A stretch of 64,000 nt of DNA, taken from Tubulanus polymorphus. Lineage: Eukaryota; Animalia; Nemertea. Under the pieces are notes generated by a model, which saw only the letters and a program-made list of their open reading frames with translations, ran no database searches and had not been told where the DNA came from. Of this stretch, positions 37,086 through 52,192 are shown piece after piece. A program made the translations under genes and the position numbers. The stretch spans positions 22,044,150 through 22,108,149 of the forward strand of contig NC_134026.1 of NCBI RefSeq assembly GCF_964204645.1. The letters run 5' to 3'. Positions within the stretch are counted from its first letter, which is position 1. Each line of letters begins with the position of its first letter.

Positions 37086-38849
37086 GTGTGATGACAGAAT
37101 TACATCGTGCCACTTCATCTTAGGAATCCTGATTTATAAACGACAACTCGACAAGCATTTTGATGGTGCCATCTCTCCTGCGTATACAGCACCAGACGAA
37201 AATATATTTGTACGGAACAAACACCTTGAATTCGGTGTGTAAAGTACCAATTTCGTACTCTATCAGCGTCCATTACCTTGTGGAAATATCGAACGGTCGA
37301 GAGAGAGAGAGTGTAAGGGGATAGGAGGATGGATCTGACTGATATCGAACAATCGCTGTCTATGTTATACAGCATGTGCCATTAATATCAATTAAGTTTG
37401 TTCAACTCGAACACATGAACCAAGGGTAACGGTGATATCGGCCAGGGATACATGGCGATTTATTCAACAACAGAATATCCAACGTTAATTTCTAGTTTCA
37501 GTCGTTATCTAACGGCTAATTTGTCACGAAACAAACTTCTCAAGGAATTATTTTTTTTAGATTATGTCGACCCGAAAAAAGCTATCGTTCTCGGATGCGT
37601 TGTGGATTTCCATGCGTCATATTTTGAAAGAATGTATGCATTTTTCTACCCATACGCGCGTATAACAGTTGTAAACTGTGGCAGGATTGAACAAATATTT
37701 TTCTCAAATTCGATAAGGGTTTGCAGGTTGTCTGCGGAACAACTTCAAACCATCCGATTTCTAATAAAAAAGTTTTCCTACGATCGAAATGTTTTTAAAT
37801 TTTCGTTACATGTATCATAATAGGTTTCTTATTTGCGATCTCATCAAATATACCGAATACCTCGTAGTGGTGTTTAAGCATGCAGCCCTAAATCGTATTT
37901 TAGCTGAAGATGATTTACACATTAATCAACGAAGATTCTGCGAATCACGCCTAATTGGCGTGCCAATTATTTCCTAGACTTTCCTGTCGCCCAAGAATCT
38001 ACTTAAACCGTCATGCTTGTTGCTAAAGCGGTCCATTCAGTGAGGATGACTTCAATTTTGATCGCCCCCGGGCGATCCTCTGTGAGCGTTGTCGCTTTTG
38101 TATGATTGGACAATTTCATTAGGTTTACAACATTCTCTCGTCGTCGAATTAGGCACGAAAAGATTTCTCTTGCTTATCTATTTTTCTGTTTCTTTCCAAA
38201 TGCTGTCTGGAATCGCCTCACAACCAAACATAGATGATCCATTTATCGAAAATCTCGTTTCGTTTTTGATATTTCTTTCCGAGTTAGTATTCCGTTGTAT
38301 GAATGATTTAACAAAGTTTTACGTATCGAAATTGTAATGAACGTCCTTTGCCTTTTCTAGTTGGTGAATTATTTTTTGTTATGATTAAGAGTATATGTAT
38401 ATTGTGTCATGTTAATGGTAATTTGAAGTGTCCGAATGCAAAATGTATATATTCATAGAAACAGTCACGTTCTGTGGCAAGTTTCTCATTTCAAAAACAA
38501 TATGCGAGTCAGTGATATCGTTGTATACCGAGTGCAGATGTGTATGCACCGGATCAAATTATGACAAGTGACATTTATCCATCCGACACGGATTAGACAC
38601 CAATCAAGTCCCAATAACCGGCGTATTAGGTAAACCGAACTCCGACGAGTCAGCTTCAAAGCCTAACATAAATGATCTATATGGCCAGGCCAAATTGCTG
38701 AAAACAACGCGTTACCGACATATCGTATACATCCGAACACAATATCATATACAATTTGTATATTCATATCAAATGGAGAACACACAGGTCGAAAAAGCAC
38801 CACGAAACCATAGATACTGACGAAACTGACGAAACGATACGTCTATGTC

Positions 38850-38975
38850 TAAATGTCCAGTGTATGCAAATGATTTGTTTAAACACGTGACCATATGTAG
38901 ACTTAAATATTAAATGTCCAGTGTATGCAAATGAATTGTTTAAACACGTGACCATATGTAGACTTAAATATTAAA
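38850..38975 (+). repeat. Tandem duplication, 61-bp unit x2
   Basis: 38850-38910 and 38911-38971, one mismatch (gattt/gaatt), followed by a residual taaa. Confidence 0.95.
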
Positions 38976-40469
38976 AACATTATTTCGTAAGAAATAGAAT
39001 TTTCTAACGTACAGACGGACATACGTATATATACTGTTTAACGTTTTGAAATCGTTTCTTATGTAGATTTTCTTCCTTAATCGTAAAGGCAATTATTTAG
39101 AACCAAAAGTATATAGCCTAGCCAATGCAGTGCTACACGGAATATGAAACTGCGTTAATTTTTTTATAACCTACTCATAAGCTCCTCAACGACATACCGA
39201 TTGGATACATCGTTCTTGTTCAAATAAGTATTTTAATTATTTCCTGCTCCTGTCTTTGCATATAACTCGCTAGACAAGCTCCGCACAAAAGCCTACCATC
39301 GCTTGAATTCCGCAGCGACCAGATTGTCAGCCCGGGGAAAAATGAATTAGCCCTTCGAAGGCTAGGAAAATATGGCTTTTCAAGATCAATTGCAACGGGG
39401 AGCTGGCGGGAGGTATCTGATATTTTGTGTGTTGATAAGCGTCTTAAAGGATACAGTGGCGTTAATCTCCCTTTGATTTATATAAAAATAATCGAACCGT
39501 ACAGAAATTGTACGCAGAAATAAGCTCTGTACGAGTGTAAAATCGTGTTAATTAGAAAGCAACGTCTAATTAATGAATGAATTCGCTATTGCAGAAGATA
39601 TTGCATTGTATAGAGTACATATGTTTCCGACTTATTCGCAACAGCTGGTAAGAGCAAGACCCAGCAGTAGCAAGCCAACAGCTAATTATTGTGAAAGCTC
39701 GCTGGAAAAGAAATGTGATTTGGACAATATTCGATTAAAATTTGAATTTCTGGAAGAAGTGTGCTGAAAAGTCAAAAAGACAACGCCGACGGAGAAAATC
39801 CTCGAACAGTTTTATTTTCAATCTCTGGAAACAAGTCCAAATGCGTGTGAAATGAAAATATGTTAGTTTCCTTCGACCAATGGAAACTGCAAATACGATT
39901 AGCATAGCACGATTATATGCGGATAGTGAAATTATGTGATAAAACTTGCTGACGTAGCGGCACGTTTGTCAACTGAGTTTTAACGAGAGAGTAATCCAAA
40001 AGCCATGTCAATGTGAAAATCTACATATTGTAATGGTTGTAATGAGATTAGTCAACATTTAAATCGTTGATTACGACAACATAAATTAGGTGCATTTATG
40101 GGAAATCCTCTTCTGTAGAGCTGCTATTTCTGTTCGCTTCGTCGCGGCTGTGCACATCACCTGAACTTCGAAATGTTTCAAGGCCGTTTCAACGTATCGC
40201 CATAATTCAATTTCGTTCAGATTTAATTTGAAATAGTTTACAAAAAGGATTCGCATCTCTCAAATTTCAACTTAATATTCTTTCTCCGAGTGTTTCAAAT
40301 AACTATTTTATCAGCTCATGTTTATTTTATACCACGTTAAGGCACTGATTAAACAATTTGTAGGAGTGTGCTATATGATAAGATAAATCATTTTATTTAT
40401 TAGTTACGATTTCCCTTTTCGGAAGCCTCGTCGACTCACATACATGCAGCATGTCTATATTCTGTCCCG

Positions 40470-40743
<274 letters not shown>

Positions 40744-40755
40744 ATTATGGATTTG

Positions 40756-41044
<289 letters not shown>

Positions 41045-41360
41045 ATAGCAAATGATTTGTCATCTACTCTATCATAATTAAGGTCAAAATTGTTGTAAGT
41101 TACAATATAACATATGGAAGCCGTATCGATTGGAAACATCTTTGTGCCTTTGGAGGATTGATTATTTTTTCTATTGAATGAAAATATTCTCGCGTAACTA
41201 TCAATTATCGAAATAATATGATTTATTTCGTTGGTAAGATCGAATTGATACGATGGTGTTAATCGGTACGCGTGCGGGCGCGCGCGTTTCTGTGATCAAC
41301 TTTGCTTTGTACCAAGGTAGCTTGCATTCTGCCATCCGTCGTTCCTCGGCTGTCAACAAC

Positions 41361-41374
41361 GTTTCTATGGCAAC
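41361..41374. promoter_or_regulatory. RFX X-box
   Basis: GTTTCTATGGCAAC. Confidence 0.5.
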
Positions 41375-44221
41375 TGTCAAAGCACAGATTACAGTGGAAT
41401 ATCCCTGTCAACGGTGCGCTTAACGCGTATCAGATTTTTCTTGTAATCTTAGTTGTTTAGTATGAAATGTTGAGATTTACTTATCATAAGAAATTCGCTA
41501 TATAAAACGAGGGTTCAACAAATTCGATACGGGCGATTTAATAAAAGTTATCTTATACAACATCTCGTGTTTTTACGCGGTTTCTAATGTCAAACGTAAA
41601 AGGTCGACGTTTGTCGAATTTCTAAGAAGGGAAGGGTCATACATCGGTATCGTCAACTCCTAGAAATTGCGAAATAATGACCCACAATTAATGGCGATCT
41701 TTGATGAGTCACCAAAAACTCTCCGCGTCTGTCTATCGTCGAACCCTTTCCAATCGCCTGCTTATCATTCAAAAATAGTTTACCATCTAGATTTAGGTCT
41801 ACTTTTATTTACGCGTAAAGATTTTTCAGAAGTCGTTATTCAATCAGCACGGGAAATTTTTCGTCTGTGATACAATTTGTCGCATCAGGCGCACCTAGCT
41901 TTATTCGATTGAATGATAGTGACATTTAAAACATGTCGGTTTTTAAGATCTTAGCATAATATGCACAAGTAACGCTCCATACTTATACGATCCATTGTTG
42001 GTTAGTGATATAAATTTAGCGACGTCTGCCCCCGGGCGAAAGACCGTCGACATTACCGATCGGTTTTGCGTTGAAAAATTTACTTATATATCAATGACAT
42101 TTCAACGGTGTCGTGCGGACCTGGACATTTTTAATAACAGTTACATATTCAAAAAATCATCGTATTGAACGATCGAGCGATGGGAAAGTAATAACCTGGC
42201 ACTTATCCAATAACTTATCGGGCGTGAAAGCCGCATGAAACGTCCCCTGAACATCCGATGGACAGGAACGGTATATTCCTAATCAACTTATGGACATTAC
42301 ATTGTGCTTGACTATATATTTTATGCGACGAGTTGGAAATGCACGTGTTTATATTTGTACCAAACATTCAAAACAAAAATCATAGATTAAGGATCAAAAG
42401 AATAATATCGTTCATTTTCCCCGATAAATCGATAAGTGTGTTCGTTATTGAATTTGTACATATCAGCTCCGGGTGTAAACAAAATTCGATTTTGCAAACT
42501 ATATCACAATAACACCAGCAATGGGATGAACCTTTTCTATTAAAATGCTTGCCTTCCTTTGTTAGGCTTGTATTCCCTAGTGTTCGGTGAAATTCGATAA
42601 ATAAGCGGTGGCCACGCAGACTAAGCTTTTGTTCTTTTTAGATAAACAGATCGATTGGAAATCTTTGAAGTCGTCTGACGTTGAGCTCTTACACGAAAGC
42701 CAAAATGCATCATTTACTACTTCAAAACGACGTCTTAATCATCAGATCCAATCTTGGCTACTCGCGTCTCGAATATTTTCATTATGGCATTGCTTTTTTG
42801 ATGTTTGTAGAAAAAAATAAGTACAAATAGGATAAACGAAACGACTTTCGAAATTGTATACAAGCCCACACGTTTATTCTTAAACCCCGATCGTGATCAC
42901 CGAGTGAATAGTTCTTCTGGCTCAATGTTTTCTGGATTTTGAATGATTTGCAATCTACACTTCACAGTGAAGGGTTGTGATAAGTTAGACGTGAGTCCAA
43001 ATTCATGAATCTGTAATATAATACGGATTCAGAGTAAGAAGAACAATTCACTCAATGCGATTTCCTGCCTATTCGAGTTCGGGTTCTAAGCATTACTTGC
43101 CTGACGAAAAGATTAAATCATCGGTTGCCTTTCAGTACGCCGCATCCATTTTCTCTAGTTTCAAACTGAGATACTATGCCAAATATTTCGTTACTCGCAA
43201 CAAATTTGAATAGTCTTTTTACGGTCGATTCAAATAAACAGACGATTTATCGCAAATCATTTCTCTCAAATATGCATGAAGAAGTGCATTCAACTCAGGA
43301 ATTTCTTTATTAATGAGGCGATTATATCCTCGGACAGGAACACGCGCGTATGTCGAAAGTGACGATAGTAAATGATACGAATTGAGTAAATAGTACGAAG
43401 CAACTTTTCGACAACACCAGAAACAGAAAACAAACAGAGCTCTATTGAATTCGAGCTATTAACGCGGCAGTACGTGCAGAATACAAGCCACATAATCGCA
43501 TTACTTTAATGAAACTAATCAACGACGATGCCATCTGATAAAATCCTTGAGTCAAGTCAGCTATTGCTTTTAACGATTGTCATTTATTACATAATTCTAT
43601 TCGCAGAGAGAATTCTGAGCGCAATAAGCCCAGTGATGAAATTTTTGTTTTAAACGTATGACTGTGTAAATTGGAATAGAAAAAGGACATGTGGGGAAAA
43701 TTTATTCAGAAGAGATTATTGTTTTATCATGCATATGCACTATATACTAGAGAACACCGAAAATGATTTAAAAGTTGAATTAAAGAAGATATTTGAAAAT
43801 TGAAATGATGATTGAAATTGATGAATTTGATTACTGAAAATCAAGACGGACATAAGCTTTGTTTATTTTATTGAAATTTGTGATGAAAACACGAAAAACT
43901 AAAAAAATAGTTTCTTGATTTGACAATTTTTTTCAAAATTCTGGGAGGCGGATCCGTACTCCAAGTAATTTCAAACAAAAAACTACGTTTATCGATGCCT
44001 TCTGCTTAGTACTGTCGACAACGAATAGGATAATATAGATCATATAATATCAACGATCAATAAAGTTATTTCGGATTGGAATATACCGATAATTGAATTG
44101 AATTGACCGGCAACCGGTCTAGACCCGATATATTGGTGACATAGAGCACATCCATCCTCTTAAAAAAGATTATTAGAATTTATTAAAAATGAAATAAGAG
44201 TTATATGTTTGATTACCAAAT

Positions 44222-44411
44222 AAACGCCAGAATTCACAACTTTAATTGTTATTTTCAAACGCCAAAATCGACTCACACAGAAACCCTTAGATAACGCATA
44301 CTTAGATAACGCATACTAGCACAAAAATACGTAAATGCATTTACGTGGTTTGATACTGTGTATCAGCGTATACAAACGTTATCATAACGGTTTTTACGGC
44401 GTCAAAAATAG
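44222..44411 (+). repeat. Dispersed repeat fragment, copy 2, with an internal 15-bp tandem duplication (ttagataacgcatac x2)
   Basis: Similarity to 5751-5893. Confidence 0.55.
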
Positions 44412-44879
44412 CCTAAGTAGGGTGTCAGTTAGTCGGGGAATTGTTAAGCGATTGCCATCATAAAGAAGCAAAAACTGAACGAACGTCAATATTATACAAA
44501 TCGCTTAGAGAAAAAATGCTTAACCGGATATTGATCGACATCGCTTTATTCTTTATTCGACTCATACTTGAAGGTTGCATTTTTAACGAAAGAAATGAAA
44601 AGCCACGAGAAAACATCAATTAAATCGGGAGTTGGTACATTACAGGTACAATGAACGACAACAGCGCCTAGTCTGTTGAATGCTATATATTCTACTAGAT
44701 TGGCGAGCGCCTTTTCGATGTGTCGTCGGTGTGGTGATAAATTCCCGATACGAATTACGTTCAACACAAGACGAAAGTCATTAAACGACAATAGGTTTAG
44801 TTTATCTGTTAAAACCAGTTACATCGTTCGGAAATTAACACATCCCTGTTGAGCGAACTTATACAAATACACATCGAGT

Positions 44880-45185
44880 TTCAGATGCACGAATGACACT
44901 TAGTTCGATAAAGCATAGCACGGCCCAAACGTTTTAATGTTTTTTCTTCGGAACCGTAAGAAGAAATAGGTAAACAATTCCCTGTTTAGGTTTTGCCTAT
45001 ACTTATTCCTACATTCCTCTATTTTCTTTGATGCATTTCAAGATGCACGGAAGACACTAGTTCGATAAAACATAGAATATTCAAATTCATGTTTCTTCGA
45101 AGAAATTATGTATTAAGAAATAGGTAAACAATTCTCTGTTTAGATTTTCCCCAAATTTATTTCTATATTCCTCTACTTCCTTAAA
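44880..45185 (+). repeat. Old imperfect tandem duplication, about 155-bp unit x2
   Basis: Repeated blocks agatgcacg..gacact..agttcgataaa.catag and aagaaataggtaaacaattc.ctgtttag..attcctcta in 44880-45036 and 45037-45185. Confidence 0.85.
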
Positions 45186-47206
45186 TTTGATATATTTCAT
45201 AATTTGATTCGATTACCTGATATGGTTTATTGTATTATTAATTATTTTTTAATCATTAATTTGTCATATCACACGGAAGACCATTGCACGATAAAATAAT
45301 TTCAAAATTATTTCGTAATCAAAAAGACTTAGATAATTACATAAAAATACATAATCAACTTGGAAGAACCATGTTCTGTCGATAGTATTATCTCCTCTCT
45401 TATAAGAGAAGCGCTTGCTCGGCCTTTGTACAAGTACAGTGATATAGTTCGCTAGAAAATCAATCTGCAAAGACCCGCTTATCTAATTTGAGCTTAATGC
45501 AGAATACGAAGTACATTCGAACAAGTAATGGGAGGTTTTAAAATCGTTTTTCATATGATTGATACTACATCGCATTAACCGATTTCATTTTAACCACTTC
45601 AACATATTCCAATTAGGCATTTGTTGACGTTTCCAACCATTTAGAATCGTATTAAAAGCATTTTGAAAGCTCGTAAGTGCAATTGGTAATTTTCGATTCG
45701 GATTTGATATGTCAAATGTATTGACGTGAAAAATCATTTAAACACGTTAATGACTTGTCGTCGGCGATGAAGTATCTGAATAGATATGGAAAATGTGGCA
45801 ACGAATCGCGGTCTGATTAATAGATTCAATAGATTCATATTGCAAAAAGGATTTTATTCCGCGTCGAAATGAATAAAGGGGTTTTTGATTTCTGTATTTG
45901 TCTGTTACGTTAGACGTTGATGTAGTTAACGAACTGAAAATAGTAAATCTAAAATATGTCTAAATTGTATCGTTTTCTTGGTTTTCGAAAACGATTGCTT
46001 TAAAAACCCTCCGAGCAAATAGATACTAACCTGTTATGCTTATTCATAAATCTTTTACGCACATATATGTATATATGGTGGTGACTTTGCGTGCGAACGA
46101 TGACAAACATCGATACCACCGTGTGATTATTATACATGCCCGTAAACCACTTGGATCTGAGGCCCATTATCCCCGTTCACAGTTTGAACATTTTCTGTCC
46201 GTTCTTTGACCCGAAACCACCAATCCTTTATCGAAGAGTTGACGTCGAAATTGATAAGCGCGTTGCAATTGATCATTAGCAGTCGCCATTTTCTTCTAAA
46301 TATACCGGTACATAATCTCAGCAAGCCACAAAATTATATATGCTTTATCAAATACTGAGTGTATTGCGATTTTCTTATATACTCTACGCTAATTCGAGTT
46401 GCAAACGTTCGTATATTCACTTAAATCCATTTGATTTTGTTAAGCAGGAAAATCTTCATCATTCATTGAAAAGAAATCCGCGTATTACTTAAAACGACTA
46501 AGTTTCGCCTTCATCGGTGGTGGTGATCTTCTCTATTTTGCAGTTTCTATTTGCAGGTACTTGTATCTTGTGCCGATGATATTTTGGTTTATGCATTTAA
46601 TGATATTGTTTGTTATTTGGATACGTGCGTAGAAATGTGTGTCTTCTTTTTCTTAGATGAATTTATGCGAATATGATTCTATTTAGTTTTAACATCATTT
46701 GATTTTATTTGATTTTTTTTTCGTGCGGCGTGTGGACGTTTTTTTTCTGATTTTGTATATATACATTTCATTTTATTTCCAGCGGTGCATAATTTTCTGA
46801 ATGATAGCCATGTATCAGCGTATACATACAGTAAGTGCACTTTCAGTTTCTGCACAACCCTCTGATTTGTACAATGCCGAAGACACTATACGATATACCG
46901 CATCAAATCCTCATTTTACAGCGGTTTTTGCAAGATAGCACTCTGCGCAACCTGCGCTTCGCTTCGTTGATCGTGGGCCGGGTGTTTCAGTGGTGTGCAG
47001 TGCACGTTACGCTATCCCGGCTAACTGTGTTGAAATCTTGAAGATGACTCATTATGATGAACACAATTTTCATCTGAAATAATATTTTCGATCAAGAATC
47101 TTTACGCGGCAATTCGAATCATATGCCCACCGAATGTAGAATCTCTGGAATCAAATTTATAGACCTAGCTATCGTCATCTGGACCCAGTTCGATAAGTCA
47201 TGGTAG

Positions 47207-47456
47207 CTTGGGGCCGATCCAAGGGGAGGGTGCAGGGGGCGCGCACCCCCTAAAATGTCAAGTTGCCCTGAAATTTTATGGGAAAGACAAAAATTGATAA
47301 ACGGATACTTTCAAAGTTAAATTCATAAGCTCGTTCTCTGTATTTCCAAAAATGAGTCAATGTTTTCCGATGAGTTTTTTTTTCGGGGTGCCAATTTGAT
47401 TATGCCCTATTTTGGGGTTGTACACCTCCCTGATTCAGACCGTAGATCCGCCCCCG
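47207..47456. mobile_element. Degenerate GGGGCGGATCC-ended non-autonomous DNA transposon
   Basis: ggggccgatcca ... tagatccgccccc, the same end type as 7077-7310; lone similar ends near 43944 and 54111; no TSD found. Confidence 0.55.
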
Positions 47457-50400
47457 AACTGCATTCGAATTCGGTTTCAAATAAAATTGATTTTTTGATG
47501 ATTCAACTTCACCACTACTCTAGGACTGGTTCGTGGTATGATCAGTCGATCGTGTGGAAAGAGGTTTCGTGTCTTCGGTATATATAAACATGTTCATTAC
47601 TATGTACTGTATACTAACCCATACCGCCTTTGTTAGATTAGCGAAAACGTGTTTTGCTTTATTTGTTAGTTTCAGGTTCCACAGATAGGATCTTATTCAC
47701 TGTGCATATTTTCAGTTTTATCACGATACTGACATCCGGAAATGTAAATTATAGCTATTATATTTATTTCGATGATATCTTGCATTATCTTTAGTTCCTC
47801 CATCTCGTGCATGATTATTTTCAGAACATTTTATGATTAAAATGTGCATGTTTCTATCTTTATCGAAATGAATATAACCAAAGTCTGTGAGAGAGGAACG
47901 CATGCGCTCAGAGAATGAAATCTGAATTTCAGTGTTACGTATTTAATCTATTTTTCCAATTTCCTGTCAATCAGGTACGAGCAACGTGGTCGCAAATGTA
48001 AAACGGCAATTTATCGTGTGGGAAATTATCATTTTCACCGATTGTTTCCATCGCTTCCGTACATGGATGATGTCGTATTCTGCAATACAGCGTCGTGATC
48101 AATAGGCCAGCAAGCTTCATAATCAAGTTGTCAACACGCCGTGATAGCGCAATAAATCCCCAGCCTCGGGTCCGCCGTGTATAGCACCAGAGAATCAGCG
48201 CACACAGCGCGCGAGAAATTCCGCGACACTTTTCCTCGACATAAAATAACCATAATATAACATCGGTTATGCCATTTTCATAAAGACGCCGACTGCAACA
48301 TTCATCTTAGAAGGCGCTGCAAGCACGTAATGCTTTATTCGGCGATTACAGATTACTGTATTTAACGTGTTTATCAAGGAGCGATTATTTTGTCTTATTT
48401 CCAAGAACTGCGCGGCAATCTGGATTTAATGAACCGAGTACGCCGGTGTCGGCCCGTTTCGCCTCGGTTGAACCGCGCGGGTACCGACACAGAAACCGCC
48501 GACACTGCCGGGCCAACCGGTGCAATCGCTTGATGCTATATTTGCTATTTTACTGCCGAATGATTGCAAATAAACGACTCGTTTGCCTTGTCACGTCGCA
48601 GGAAATATCGGTCGTCTGGTGTCTCCGTATACTAATGTCCATCCTTTAACTTTCGATTTTCAACCCGCTTCAAACGAAATGTCGTTCTATTGCGGCGTTT
48701 TTGTAGACGTTGTTGTTACAGGAATCGATGACCCAATGCTGACCGATGCGTGGCCGATTGTCCTCGAATCCCATAAGATGATTTATCAAATGACGTGTAC
48801 ATAAGCTCTCAGCTATTCCCCCTAATCCGGAGACTTTTGACTAAAAGCAAACCAGAAATATCAGCCGAGTAAATCCTCAGAGGGATTATATACAGGCTAC
48901 AGCCTTCACCTCGACGCTGAAACAAAGGCACGGCATATTGATAAAATATGAAAATTGAACATTTGATTCGAATTGGTTAGATTGCTTTATCAAGCGGAAC
49001 AACATCATTTCCCATCACTGCGGCGGTATACATCGGAAAATGAAAGCAGCCCCACGGTGCTAGTTTCCATCGAGACAATGTATTATCGGTATATATTGAT
49101 GCGCGCAATGGCGCCTCGTACTGAAAGCGCCATTCTACTTATAAATCATCCAAAGCAATTTAGATAGTTGAGCCGGTCACCTGTCAGTTGCAGATCCATC
49201 GAAGCACCAACATCAGCGCGACTATGCCGGAATACCCTCTAACCGTCCGATGTTTCATAATAAGGCCTACGGACACCTCCGAAAAATAGCAGTTGCAAAA
49301 CTATAAGCGACGATACACTTTCGATGATCGATCAGGATATGGAGATTCGTATCGTGATTATGCTAGGAACTAGTCTATGTAATTCTATCCTGTTTCAAGG
49401 TTATCTATTTAGTTGCGATCGATAACGCGGACCCGTTCCACCGCAGGAAGTTACAGCTTTTATGTTCGTGACAAAATAGCAATTGGTAATAAACTTTTAA
49501 AAAGCTATTGAATGAATGAGCTAATGCTTTATTTTCAAAAATATAATTGATTCGTTGTTTATCTTTTTGCAAACGTATTTTTCCATCAAGCGATTCACAT
49601 TCAAATTCAGGAAAATTTCCAAGATCCGTTTGTCATCATTTCTAATAACGAATAATATATTATCCCCTATATTATGTCGATATGTATAAATGAAGCGTTT
49701 TTATGAACATTAGCCATGTATTACTGGTTTACGTAGAAATCTAGTGATACGAAAACACCTGTTTGATTGATGAGCACTTGAAAACACCAGCGTGAAAATG
49801 AAAAATAATTCTCACAGCTGGCCGGTCGTATGCTCGAATGAAAATCGATGATCGCACACAGTGGCGTGATTTCCTCCATCAAGAATTTTATAATCTCGGT
49901 ACAACTACGGCGAGTGAGTGATTTTAATTAGATTTTTATGCAAACAAACCCGTTACGAAGTTGCGCGTACGACGAGCGAGCGAGTTGTACAATATTTGCT
50001 GCTGCTGCATTTGCTGCATATTCAGTTCGAATGTATAATGTGAAATTCACCTATACAGACAACTCGATAATCATACGGCACCGCATAATTTAAACGGATT
50101 CAATTCGTATTCGTCGATCTGGAGTATTATGGAACGATAATCGAAAACGAAGGGTTTTATTGAGTGCGGAGTCCAACGGATATCCCGAACGGAAATGACG
50201 ATAAGGGCTCCGTTCATCAGAATTAAACCGACTCTATGTTCGCAACTCTTCACTCTGCAGATGTTCAGTTTCATATTTACAGTCCTGTAATTATTGGCCG
50301 CACATGTTATTAGACATATGCATATATATATGTATACGCATGAACCGTCGTAGTTTAGATTTCACGTTGATTTCGCTGGAAACTCGATGAGAAATATCGA

Positions 50401-52140
50401 CAAGCATTTGATAATGCGCGTTAGTTGTGAAAACGGCGTAAACAGGTTTTCAACACACGCGAAATAGCAAATTTTGACAAAATCGCATTTTATGCACATT
50501 ATATTGATTGATTGTTATTACATTTCATTCATATTTACGTATCTAGATTGACAAATTTTTCAAAATAGCAGTGTGTGAGCTGACAAGAGATCCGTTGCCG
50601 GAAAGAAGGTGTTGAGAAATGCGGTATTTGAGTCTACAATGGTCACCAGACGTCGTGCGCGTTAATTGATTCATGAAGCCCGAAATACTTCATAGAGGAA
50701 ATAATAATCGTTCATCAAGACGCGCTAATAGATACACCACATCAAATATGCAACATCCCATTCAGATCTCGAGGCAGATATTATATTCGCCAACCAACAA
50801 CTAGCTGGTAACACCGTATCAATGGACCCGCAGGACGCACATGCGCACTAACGGGACGCGATGACGTGCTGCTACGTCGCAGACGATGCACTGAGATTGT
50901 CTGGATTCTTTTGGTGGATGCGGTGAAGGTGGGCGACATTAAGTGTTTCGACGTGTATTTAACTTGTTTGTGAATAGTTAATGGAATATCGGATTCGTTT
51001 TGTGCAGGATATGTGGATTATGCCACGAAGTGACAGTCCGTGAGGAATTTTAAGAAACGGGAAACTACAAACAGGCGAGCCGGGTTGCTTTCGTTTCCAT
51101 GGCATCCTGTTCCATCCATGAGTTGTCGCCTGCCTACGACGACACTAGAGAGCTGCTGCAGTGTATGGCGGTGTTACACTCGTGGTGTACTGGTCACAAC
51201 AACTGTGGCAACTCCGTGTGAAGTTTACGGCAGCTGAGCCTTCCGAGGGCGTTCGTCCTATAACGACAGAATTTTAAATGCGCACGGAATTGGATTAGTA
51301 TACAGTATGCGAACCCATTAACCATCCCACTGATTAAATTTCGGCAGATATTCAAATTACCCTTACACGAGAGGGTTTGACGACTTAGCATATCTTCCAT
51401 ACATTTATACATATAGTACATTTAGCGGATTTGTTATGACTGGCGGAACTACCAATAGATTCGTTAAGAGAGTAACCTGAACTTGTGGAATATGAATTAC
51501 ATCTGGATATAGATCTAACTCAGTGTTTCGTTGTCTCATTTGGGAATTAATGACGCCATCCACTTAACAATTGACTAACTAAACGGATTACAGTTCATCT
51601 GTTTTATTTTCCTGAATGATTCACATGTCCACATTTATTAGTTTCCCCGGTCAAGAGTTAGACTACCTCAGGTCTACTGGCTTCGCTTATAACGTATTGC
51701 ATTGTGCCTTCATAATTTCCTGCCTCAATATACCACATTCCAGATTATCGAGCAAGGTGAGCGTTTTTATCGGCCGTCGCTTCTTTTTCTTGATTTCTCG
51801 ACGGTTTATGTTACAGGATTTAATGGTCGAAAATTTTCTCGTTCAGACCTGAAGATTCATGATTTATCGTATTCTATTCAGCCGGAACAAAGACCTCTCT
51901 ATCGGTTAGAATGATCTTTTTGTAGCTGATATATAAACTTATAACTTAAACGCTGTGCAAGCTACGATATTTTGCTTGAGTGTGTAAAATATGATAAAGG
52001 GGGACTTTTCGCGAAATTATGCAATCATGATGAAAATGTCCTCAATCTGGTAAGTTCATTAATTGAAGAAGTCGTTTGATTTTCGACCCCGTTATTTATA
52101 CAAAATTAATGGATGATAAGTCGAGAAGAGTCACAATATC

Positions 52141-52192
52141 CGACCGAGAGACGCCTGATGATGGCTAAACTCTTTAGCCAAAACGTTGGTCG
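52141..52192 (+). ncRNA. Degenerate minimal hammerhead ribozyme motif of Penelope-like-element type
   Basis: CTGATGA (52155-52161), stem GGCTAAA/TTTAGCC, then AAAAC in place of GAAAC, palindromic AACGTT, closed by CGACC/GGTCG. Confidence 0.45.

Noticed and set aside
51009-51040. Possible 32-nt plus-strand exon (MWIMPRSDSP)
   Set aside because: Plausible acceptor but weak donor (CC|gtgagg) and no homology support.
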